IMG/VR virus record: IMGVR_UViG_3300007513_001104
Source of the DNA: a virus
Strand: one strand, 5' to 3'
DNA: 64,000 nucleotides
How positions within the stretch are numbered: the stretch's first letter is position 1; each line of letters opens with the position of its first letter. The notes beneath the pieces are model-generated. The model was not told where the DNA came from and ran no database searches. It saw only the letters and a list, made by a program, of their open reading frames with translations. Both the position numbers and the translations under genes were made by a program. Shown in pieces: positions 56,771-64,000 of the stretch.

Positions 56771-57837
56771 ACTAACTCCTTATATAAATTTGTAGCTGAA
56801 AAATATTGTTCTGCTAATTTTCTTTTATTAGACTCTAATGCATCTTGAATTTCATTACTATTATGATTCTCCATTAAATATCTAATCCTGTTTTTTAAAT
56901 TCTCTTTATTGGCTTGATACTGTTCCCAATTCTCTGTCCACTCTGAAGGATATTTAAAAGTGTCATCATACATTTCCATATATGAAAGCCTATTTGGAAC
57001 AAAGGGTACACCACCTGCTATCATAATTTCATAACAGGATATGCCTAATGTTTCTTGCAAGTTAGCACTGAATACCATCTTTGCCTTTCCTAATAACTCA
57101 TGATAGTCTACTTTCTTTAAGTCATAGTCTGCACAATTTTCAAATTCATATTCAGGAAGTTCATATGCTAAGTCTTTAAAAATTTCTAATTGCTTTTCAG
57201 GTGCATTTCTATGTGGAAACAATATTAAATTCTGTTTTTCAAAAATAGATATAATATCATCTCCAATAACTCCATCTAAATATTCCATTGGCCAGCCAGT
57301 TCTAACAATTTTATTCTGTAAATACTCTTGTTGTTCAGAACCAGGTGCCATAACAGTAGCAAACATACCTATATGAAACTGACTAGCAAAATAATTCTTA
57401 TCATACGCATCAAACATTGCTAACTCTGCATACCTTACCCAGGGTTTGGGTCCTATTTGTCTACCTAAAAAATCATTTGCATCATAACTTCCTGCATGCC
57501 ATAGTCCATGTGTAGTAATCTTAACATTTAATAGCTCGGCCATATACTTTAAGTTTAAAATACCTGGATGCCAGGCATCAGCAAATACAAAATGATCTCC
57601 GTCTTTTACTTTACCTTCTGCAAAGAACTGTGCCATCCATTGTGTTTGTACTGACTTGTAGATATTGGTAGTAGCAAAATCTAAAAATGATCCTGAGGAA
57701 ACATCAGACTCTATAACAGGTCCTTCTATAACTGTAATGTCTTGTCCTGTTTGGTCTGCTAATGACTGTGGAAACTCTGTTTTCCATTGTGATGTATATC
57801 GTGTCTCGACATACTCAAGATCAATTAAATAAATCAT
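56767..57837 (-). CDS. GT-B fold glycosyltransferase (GT4-like)
   Basis: LFPHRNAPEKQ and ETLGISCYE (E-x7-E) motifs; probable start MIYLIDLE. Confidence 0.7.
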   Translation of the reverse strand: MIYLIDLEYVETRYTSQWKTEFPQSLADQTGQDITVIEGPVIESDVSSGSFLDFATTNIYKSVQTQWMAQFFAEGKVKDGDHFVFADAWHPGILNLKYMAELLNVKITTHGLWHAGSYDANDFLGRQIGPKPWVRYAELAMFDAYDKNYFASQFHIGMFATVMAPGSEQQEYLQNKIVRTGWPMEYLDGVIGDDIISIFEKQNLILFPHRNAPEKQLEIFKDLAYELPEYEFENCADYDLKKVDYHELLGKAKMVFSANLQETLGISCYEIMIAGGVPFVPNRLSYMEMYDDTFKYPSEWTENWEQYQANKENLKNRIRYLMENHNSNEIQDALESNKRKLAEQYFSATNLYKELV

Positions 57838-58174
57838 TCTGTACGATTGCCCCATTTTCATTATCCTCATACACTTCTACTTGAGTAGCTCTATCAGGAT
57901 AATATTCTTCTATATAATTTATAAGACTTTCTGCCATCATCTCACATGACTGGTAGTCTAGTTGTAATGTTCCAATATCATATTGCTTTTCTAATTCTCT
58001 TTTAAATAAAATGAATTCTACTTCTCTGTTGTCGTGCATGACTTCTAACGTAACATAGAAGTAAAAGATATGTCTGTGTGGATGTTGTAAAAACTCTACA
58101 CCCGGTACATCTTTTGCATCAGGCCAACAATGTATTCCTTCTTTCTGAAAACTAACTTTAATAAACTTCTTCAT
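57821..58174 (-). CDS. dpdL: QueD-like T-fold protein, DpdL-like (putative CDG decarboxylase)
   Basis: EG.H.W...LQHPHRHIF matches the LxxxHRHxF signature I recall for DpdL; SCE; EDNENGA. Confidence 0.55.
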   Translation of the reverse strand: MKKFIKVSFQKEGIHCWPDAKDVPGVEFLQHPHRHIFYFYVTLEVMHDNREVEFILFKRELEKQYDIGTLQLDYQSCEMMAESLINYIEEYYPDRATQVEVYEDNENGAIVQNDLFN

Positions 58175-59439
58175 TCAAACATATCCTCCAAACTAACTGG
58201 CATTTCTTTAGCTACTGCCATTGACTTCATCGCTCCACCTAAATATTGATTCGTTTCCCAAGCCATATAATCACTTTTACTTTTTACATTATAGAGATTC
58301 CTGAACTGTCCGTCAAGTTTCATCTTACCAGTAAACTTTAAAAGGTCCTCCTTGTTCAACATCATTTGTTCTAAGTGTTGCATGAAGTTTCTAATTGACA
58401 TTAATATAAAAGCTGTTCTAACATAAAGCCACTTGTTCAAATTGCCGTATTTATCTTTAGCTTTTAAGCTAGGAGTATTTAATAACGTATGAAATTCGTC
58501 TAATTCTACGCCTAAATTGATCGTTTCCATGCAGTTTTGATACATTTCGCGATATAAATTAGACATCTGCCTACTAAACTTAGTTGTACCCTCACCTTGA
58601 TAGAAAAGACCTGTCTCAACCGCCCTGCTGTGTGTAGTAGAGTCATAAGATATTTCTACATTATCATATAAACCATTTTGTACAAAGACCAAGTAAGGAA
58701 TAATACGTCTTATAGAACCTACTCCCAATATATGTAAGTGCATCTTATCTCGTGGCCACATCTTTGCTATTTCTGATGCAATAAATGATCTTTTAACATC
58801 TTCTAAAGGACCTGTTCCAAGAGCAGCTGCTCCCATTGCTACGCCACCGATCCTAGTGTGCCATTCACTTGGTATCTCATTCATTAAAGCTTCATACCAT
58901 CTTAAATAGGTCTCTACATCGTTACCTTGTAAGATAATATATGGCTCACAGCTACTCTCTTCTTCATCAAATATTTCTAGTTGTCTTTTAACATTTTGGC
59001 CAGTTTTTTTAGCATAGTCTAAATAGTTTTCGTGATCAAAGATTCTGCCTTTAACATCGTTTCTTTCTGAACGGTCTCCTGTTAGTATTACAGGTATTTC
59101 ATCAAAGCACATACCTACATTGGCTCCTTTAGCCTGATTCCTATATACTTTTTCTTTAAGTTCGTCTGTAATGTTCAATCCAAGTGTAACCATTTGAAGT
59201 CCACCTGAATCAGCATGGATACTATGTACTGCATCGTGATATGGTTTAAATCTCTCACCAAAAGAATGTTCTGTATGTGCATTATAAAGTAATGAAAACT
59301 TATGACTGAATTGATCTTGTACTAATTTGTTTATTAGCATTGAAACAATACCAGTATTCGTATCATCAAGAGCAATATTAGGATTACTCAAACGCATGTA
59401 AGAGGTTCCTGATACTACATAATCTAAAGTATGTTTCAT
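58171..59439 (-). CDS. dpdA: TGT-fold transglycosylase (DpdA-like)
   Basis: DSGGLQ, CFDE, LQG, GVAMG, HILGVG, YDS occur in the order of TGT active-site motifs; no CxCxxC Zn site; probable start MKHTL. Confidence 0.7.
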   Translation of the reverse strand: MKHTLDYVVSGTSYMRLSNPNIALDDTNTGIVSMLINKLVQDQFSHKFSLLYNAHTEHSFGERFKPYHDAVHSIHADSGGLQMVTLGLNITDELKEKVYRNQAKGANVGMCFDEIPVILTGDRSERNDVKGRIFDHENYLDYAKKTGQNVKRQLEIFDEEESSCEPYIILQGNDVETYLRWYEALMNEIPSEWHTRIGGVAMGAAALGTGPLEDVKRSFIASEIAKMWPRDKMHLHILGVGSIRRIIPYLVFVQNGLYDNVEISYDSTTHSRAVETGLFYQGEGTTKFSRQMSNLYREMYQNCMETINLGVELDEFHTLLNTPSLKAKDKYGNLNKWLYVRTAFILMSIRNFMQHLEQMMLNKEDLLKFTGKMKLDGQFRNLYNVKSKSDYMAWETNQYLGGAMKSMAVAKEMPVSLEDMFE

Positions 59440-59552
59440 GTTATCTGTGTATATAATGCGTACACCAAGAGCATTAGAATAATTGTCAAAGCCCAAAAGA
59501 TATATTGTATTGGGAATGAAGTGTATAGTATTTTGTTTATTAATTTTCTCAT
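59436..59552 (-). CDS. 38-aa single-TM peptide (not in ORF track)
   Basis: MRKLINKILYTSFPIQYIFWALTIILMLLVYALYTQIT; ATGA overlaps at both ends. Confidence 0.55.
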   Translation of the reverse strand: MRKLINKILYTSFPIQYIFWALTIILMLLVYALYTQIT

Positions 59553-60076
59553 GTTTTTAATATCTCAATAAGTGTTTCTGCCTCAGCTTTAGCATCATCT
59601 AAAGCATTATGGTTATTTGATTTGGGTAAACGTTTATCTAAAACATTCATTAAAGTTCTTAAACAATAAATATCCCAAAACTTCCAAGGGTATTTGTCCC
59701 TGGCATCTCTGTTAGCATTCCAACCAGATAGTGTCATAGCGTTTTCCATTATAACAACATCAAAGTTGGCCCCTAGTCCCCAAATATTTCCTTCTTTAAA
59801 AAATGTAACGAATTTATCTATAGCTTCATCTAAAGGTAAAGGGTCTACTGTTAGTGCCTGTCTTGCTTGCATGTCTTGTTCTGCCCACCACTCTACTGTT
59901 AGTGGATCTATATGTAGGCCTGCTTCTTTACATGTCTTTGCATCTACATTCACATAAAACTCATCTACTATTTCTAAATTCTCAATAGCTACTGCACCAA
60001 TTGATACAATAGCTGCATTGGATCTAGTAGAAAGTGTTTCTAAATCTAATACTACTTGTCTGCTATAAATGTCCAC
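59549..60076 (-). CDS. DEDDh 3'-5' exonuclease (DexA/Rv2179c-like)
   Basis: LDLET, SIGAV, WG.GANFD, HNALDDA. Confidence 0.85.
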   Translation of the reverse strand: MDIYSRQVVLDLETLSTRSNAAIVSIGAVAIENLEIVDEFYVNVDAKTCKEAGLHIDPLTVEWWAEQDMQARQALTVDPLPLDEAIDKFVTFFKEGNIWGLGANFDVVIMENAMTLSGWNANRDARDKYPWKFWDIYCLRTLMNVLDKRLPKSNNHNALDDAKAEAETLIEILKT

Positions 60077-60746
60077 CGTTCATCTCCTGCAACTTAATGT
60101 TGTCCATGAACTCCTCTTTTAATGAAGGATTCGTTTTTAATTCACCTTTTAAAACTGTTGTCTGTGTGCTACTATTACTAGCTTTGATGCCTCTATTTTC
60201 ACAACACCCATGTCTTGCCTTAATATAAACACCTACCGCCTTAGACTTTGTAAGTTTCTCAATTCTGTATGCTATCATTTCACATAATTCTTCTTGTAAG
60301 TGACCTCGTGATGCTAAATGCTGTGCCACTCTAGTATATTTAGACAGTCCAATTACTTCTTCTCCTGGCATACACGCCACATAACATACACCACTGACAG
60401 GTTGATGATGGTGTGAACACATACTCTTAATATCCATTCTAACTACAATCAATTGATCATACTTTCCATCATTAGGAAATGCTGTTATCCTAGGATCGTT
60501 ATCATATCTACCACCCATGATTTCTAATATATACATTTTTGCTAAACGTCTAGCTGTGTCTATACTATTAGGATCATTTTGCCTATCAATAATTAATGTA
60601 TCTAAAACACCTTCAAACTTTTCAGTCAGTTCATCTATTAAGTCTGACTTTTCAGTTGGACTAAGGTATTTTGATATGTTATCAGCTGCGTAATAGCGTT
60701 TACCGTCTACTTCCAGCCTCTGCCTTATTTTTTCACTTGTACTCAT
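60063..60746 (-). CDS. folE: GTP cyclohydrolase I
   Basis: TARRLAKMY, SMCSHH, GLSK..R, LQEEL, HGC...RG. Confidence 0.93.
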   Translation of the reverse strand: MSTSEKIRQRLEVDGKRYYAADNISKYLSPTEKSDLIDELTEKFEGVLDTLIIDRQNDPNSIDTARRLAKMYILEIMGGRYDNDPRITAFPNDGKYDQLIVVRMDIKSMCSHHHQPVSGVCYVACMPGEEVIGLSKYTRVAQHLASRGHLQEELCEMIAYRIEKLTKSKAVGVYIKARHGCCENRGIKASNSSTQTTVLKGELKTNPSLKEEFMDNIKLQEMNGGHL

Positions 60747-61165
60747 TTCTTCTCCCATGGAAATACTAACCATCTACTATCATTATAGAGTCTTTCGCCT
60801 TCAAAGTCAATACCCATGTCACCCTTTTTGGAGTAAAGTACAGCCCATTGACTTTCTGGAAAGACATTTCTAATTTGTTTTATTGTTAAACCACTATCAC
60901 ATATATCATCTACAAATAAAATATCGTTTGGATCTTCTGTTGACATTAATGCTACTGATAGGGTATCTTTATTGTGGCCATCTCTAGTTTGCCATTGTAA
61001 AGGTTCAAAAGGAATGTCTAATGCCTGGGATAATATAACTCCTGGAACAAGGCCGCCCCTGCTGATACCTACAATTTTTTTATAATTTCTCTCACTAATT
61101 CTTGCTGCTAAAAGGATACATATTTTGTGCATTTCCTTCCAACCTATATAAATTTTGTCTGTCAT
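60743..61165 (-). CDS. purine phosphoribosyltransferase (Gpt-like)
   Basis: GISRGGLVP, ILFVDDICDSGLT PRPP-binding motif, WLVFPWE. Confidence 0.88.
   Translation of the reverse strand: MTDKIYIGWKEMHKICILLAARISERNYKKIVGISRGGLVPGVILSQALDIPFEPLQWQTRDGHNKDTLSVALMSTEDPNDILFVDDICDSGLTIKQIRNVFPESQWAVLYSKKGDMGIDFEGERLYNDSRWLVFPWEKK
60782..60810 (-). promoter_or_regulatory. intragenic sigma70 promoter for folE and downstream genes
   Basis: TTGACT-17 bp-TATAAT. Confidence 0.7.
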
Positions 61166-61374
61166 TTTGTAAACCACATTCTAATAGCGAAAACTCTAAT
61201 AATTGCAATACATGTAAAACAACCTGTTAATAATATTGATACTGTAAAGGTTGATAAAGCTAATACATCAATAAAAAGATATAAAAGCATCACACTAATA
61301 GGCCAATTAATTACTAACCCTGTAAAAACTGTAACCAACGATTCTTTAAGTGCTTGCTTCTGTCTCTTATTCAT
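61162..61374 (-). CDS. small two-TM membrane protein
   Basis: ES..TVFTGLVIN...IIRVFAIR.WF. Confidence 0.65.
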   Translation of the reverse strand: MNKRQKQALKESLVTVFTGLVINWPISVMLLYLFIDVLALSTFTVSILLTGCFTCIAIIRVFAIRMWFTK

Positions 61375-61538
61375 AATTTAATTGCTAAAACCATTAGTAT
61401 TGCTATCAATAAAATATTTGTTAAAAATATTTCAAAAGCAAGTATTGTATGATACCATACCCATCTGCTTTGATAGATTTCACTTTCCGTTGTGCCTCCT
61501 GCCTTTTTATCCATCCATTCTAATAATTTATTCTTCAT
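61371..61538 (-). CDS. 55-aa membrane peptide (not in ORF track)
   Basis: MKNKLLEWMDKKAGG...RWVWYHTILAFEIFLTNILLIAILMVLAIKL; abuts the queE stop and is ATGA-coupled downstream. Confidence 0.6.
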   Translation of the reverse strand: MKNKLLEWMDKKAGGTTESEIYQSRWVWYHTILAFEIFLTNILLIAILMVLAIKL

Positions 61539-62417
61539 CTATGTGCCCCATGCGTTACCAAATAATGTTATGTGTAGTCTAGGGCTAAACTTATACCCTG
61601 TTTGCATACATGCTTCAGCAACATCTCTTTCTGTTAATGTTTGTTGTTCTAATGTAGCTCCTTCTGGCATACAATAAACAGCGTCTAACTTAACTCCTGC
61701 TTCTGTATATGCCTGAACAAACTCATCTACTTCTTTAAAGTCATCCATATCTCTGACTACAAATTTATTATATAAATGACTGTTATAAACCTTCTGCATT
61801 CCTAATAAAACCTCTGGAACCAATGCATCAAACTGCTCTTCACCTGACAAACTTAATTTAGGTGATGTACTCCATGTCACATGTATATCCTCGCTTGTTT
61901 CATTAAAATAATCTATTAATTGTTGTTGTAAATCTTGTGTCCCGTTAGTTTCAAAAGTAACATTTTTTAAACCAACTCCTTTACACATCTCTAATAGGGC
62001 TGGCCAACACCTTTGCCAACCCAATAGAGGTTCTCCACCTGTTATGACTAAATGGATGTCGTTCGCCTCATCAAACCTGCCGTTAGGTAATAGTTTAACA
62101 ATACGATCAAAAACTTCTTCTAGTGTCTCTGTTAATTGTAAATGTTTATATTTCATAGCCCAGCTCGCAGAACTATCACACCCTACAGGTGTAACAGGTA
62201 ATTCTTCTATGGCTTTGTATGCTTCTGGGTGGTTTTTATCTGCCCTAGGATCTGTAAAGTATGGCATTTCCTCTACAGGTATTATGTTATCTCTTTCTTG
62301 TCCGAAACCTCTACATTCAAAGTTGCAACCAAAGACTCGTAAGAATATACTAGGAACACCTACGAATCTTCCTTCACCTTGTATGCTATAAAATACTTCC
62401 GAATATCTAAGTTTCAT
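61539..62417 (-). CDS. queE: 7-carboxy-7-deazaguanine synthase (radical SAM)
   Basis: EVFYSIQGEG, FLRVFGCNFEC...GCDS, ITGGEPLL, FETNGT, SPKL, SPRLH. Confidence 0.92.
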   Translation of the reverse strand: MKLRYSEVFYSIQGEGRFVGVPSIFLRVFGCNFECRGFGQERDNIIPVEEMPYFTDPRADKNHPEAYKAIEELPVTPVGCDSSASWAMKYKHLQLTETLEEVFDRIVKLLPNGRFDEANDIHLVITGGEPLLGWQRCWPALLEMCKGVGLKNVTFETNGTQDLQQQLIDYFNETSEDIHVTWSTSPKLSLSGEEQFDALVPEVLLGMQKVYNSHLYNKFVVRDMDDFKEVDEFVQAYTEAGVKLDAVYCMPEGATLEQQTLTERDVAEACMQTGYKFSPRLHITLFGNAWGT

Positions 62418-62425
62418 TATGTGAT

Positions 62426-62455
62426 ATTATATATGATCAAACAACCAATTGTCAA
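62426..62455 (-). promoter_or_regulatory. sigma70 promoter for the queE operon
   Basis: TTGACA-18 bp-TATAAT, 8 nt before the ATG (near-leaderless). Confidence 0.7.
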
Positions 62456-63052
62456 TTACTTACTTGCCCGTTTTGCCTTTTCTTCTTCTTCCCTAATTTT
62501 TTTGTCTAAATATTTTGGACGACGTGGTGTAACCTTTTTACCTTCTTGGGCTTTATCTGCCTTTACATTGTCTGCTTCAAGCTGTTCAATAATTCCTCTC
62601 ATATAACTAAGATATTCGTTGGAATGTTCTGAACCATCAGCGCCTTGTGCTAAAATTTGTTCTATATCTAGACTCTTAATGTATTTAAATTTAGTTTCCA
62701 TTTGACGTTTCTCTTTTTGGATACGTCTAATGAAAGCGTAGTATGTGATTTGTGTAAAGTACGCAAAAGGGTTTTTAGATTTAGCTGGATCAAAGTTGTC
62801 CATATATGTAAGACAATTTTCAATACCATCTAGAATCATTTCATCTCTAAATGTGTAGTTTACAAAGTTTGATTTGAAGGCCAAGTGGTTTGCTATTTTA
62901 ACAAAGCACTCACCTATATAGTTTGTGACTTGTGGTTTTGGTTCCCCACATGCCTCAGCTTCTAATCTCTTTTCTCTATACGCGCTTATCTTTTCAAGGA
63001 ATTCCTTGTTGTTTATATAGTGAGCCGAGTTAGGGTCTCTCCTTTTTGCCAT
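62456..63052 (-). CDS. gp55: late sigma factor
   Basis: HYINNKEF, YIGECF.KIA, DGIENC, NPFAYFTQI.YYAF.RRI..EK. Confidence 0.96.
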   Translation of the reverse strand: MAKRRDPNSAHYINNKEFLEKISAYREKRLEAEACGEPKPQVTNYIGECFVKIANHLAFKSNFVNYTFRDEMILDGIENCLTYMDNFDPAKSKNPFAYFTQITYYAFIRRIQKEKRQMETKFKYIKSLDIEQILAQGADGSEHSNEYLSYMRGIIEQLEADNVKADKAQEGKKVTPRRPKYLDKKIREEEEKAKRASK

Positions 63053-63061
63053 AATATACTC

Positions 63062-63472
63062 CTAATGTATTTTCTTTTCAAGAACAGCGTTAGCTAATTC
63101 CTCCAATAATTCTAAGTCTAATTCAGGTTCCTCTCTGGATTCTATAGGATCTTCTTCTATAAAGTCCCCTCTCCAGTCCGGTGTATTAAAATATATAGAC
63201 TTAACCATTCTATAATAACCAGGAACAAAATTTTCTTGTAAGTTTGCTACTGTAATAACATTTCTTTTTTCTATAGAAAATATTTGCTCTTCTGATACTG
63301 CTATCCATGGACGTAAATTAATAGACTCTCCCAATATACCTTGTGGTGTAGGCATAATTTGTGGTACTAGCTCTATAGGATGTTCTATATTCACTACGTC
63401 ATCTCCATAACTAATTTTGCCAACAAGAGTTGATCCATCCATTAGTTTAACGATACTTATTTGTTCAGACAT
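63062..63472 (-). CDS. Sm-like conserved hypothetical protein
   Basis: IVKLMDG..LVG...LRPW; usual position between uvsW and gp55. Confidence 0.65.
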   Translation of the reverse strand: MSEQISIVKLMDGSTLVGKISYGDDVVNIEHPIELVPQIMPTPQGILGESINLRPWIAVSEEQIFSIEKRNVITVANLQENFVPGYYRMVKSIYFNTPDWRGDFIEEDPIESREEPELDLELLEELANAVLEKKIH

Positions 63473-64000
63473 TTATTTTAACCAATTTATAATTAAACCC
63501 TTCTTCGTTATAAAGTTTAATCCTTTCTATTAAATGATTTAATGTATAGTTCTTGTGAGACTTCCATGATAAATCGTCTCCAATATCAAACAAGTTACAT
63601 ACAACCTTTTTGTCTCCTTTACGAAGTCCTCTACCTATTGACTGTAAGTTTCTAATTCTACTTTTGCTTGGTGAGGCAAAGACAATATTATGTAGGTTCC
63701 TTATATTTATACCCGTAGAAAATGTGCCATATGAGGCAATTATAATTGCGTTTTCTTCTTTTTCTGTTAATGCTCTTATTTCTTCTCTAGTTTCTGTGTC
63801 AGTGCCTCCATGGACAAAGAACACAGAACGATCTTCATCTTTTAGCATGTTGTATAACACCTGTCCATGCTTTTCTACGAACTGAAATAGTAATAATGTA
63901 TTGCCGTCTTGTGCTTTGGTTAGGTTTTTAATAATTTCATTACGTTCAGGGTTAGTAACAAGCCAATCTATCTCTTCTTGATATGTTTTCTTTTTCATAT
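63465..64000 (-). CDS. uvsW: UvsW helicase, C-terminal part (5' end outside the window)
   Basis: ASYGTFSTGINI.NLHN, SPSKS.IRNLQSIGRGLR. Confidence 0.93.
   Translation of the reverse strand, partial: MKKKTYQEEIDWLVTNPERNEIIKNLTKAQDGNTLLLFQFVEKHGQVLYNMLKDEDRSVFFVHGGTDTETREEIRALTEKEENAIIIASYGTFSTGINIRNLHNIVFASPSKSRIRNLQSIGRGLRKGDKKVVCNLFDIGDDLSWKSHKNYTLNHLIERIKLYNEEGFNYKLVKINV

Noticed and set aside
830-63885. All plus-strand ORFs in the track (e.g. 11299..11745, 13121..13573, 28536..29051, 43740..44381)
   Set aside because: They are antisense shadows of well-supported minus-strand genes, with no motifs or RBS.
1-64000. CRISPR array, integrase/transposase, introns, inteins, stop-codon reassignment or selenoproteins
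   Set aside because: I saw no repeat-spacer array. Core genes (gp43, gp41, nrdA, nrdB, uvsX) are uninterrupted under the standard code, and Prx and Grx have ordinary Cys active sites.

Overview
A 64-kb segment of an AT-rich T4-like (probably marine) myovirus genome. Essentially every real gene is on the minus strand; the + strand ORFs are antisense shadows. The T4 replication backbone reads from the right end: uvsW, gp55, gp47, gp46, gp45, gp44, gp62, regA, hsp20, gp43, uvsX, gp41, gp61, nrdA, nrdB. Accessory blocks are inserted between these genes. (1) A 7-deazaguanine cluster lies between gp55 and gp47, the slot T4 uses for alpha-glucosyltransferase: queE, PRTase, folE, DEDD exonuclease, TGT/DpdA-fold enzyme, DpdL-like T-fold protein, GT-B glycosyltransferase and queD. 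(2) Host-type genes: TonB-dependent receptor, crotonase, peptide deformylase, ClpP-like, SET domain, peroxiredoxin, glutaredoxin. (3) Many tailoring enzymes: two radical SAMs, 2OG-Fe(II) oxygenases, sulfotransferase-like, methyltransferase, QueC-like, SGNH-like, glycosyltransferases. (4) A late block of Lys-rich internal-head-type proteins plus spanins. Features missed by the ORF track include tRNA-Thr(UGU), a 16-aa metallothionein-like micro-ORF between two ~10% His enzymes, a probable -1 frameshift joining two virion ORFs, a structured late RNA upstream of hsp20, a family of sigma70 promoters with internal dyad symmetry, and several small ORFs. All functional calls come from motif recognition by eye; no database search was run.
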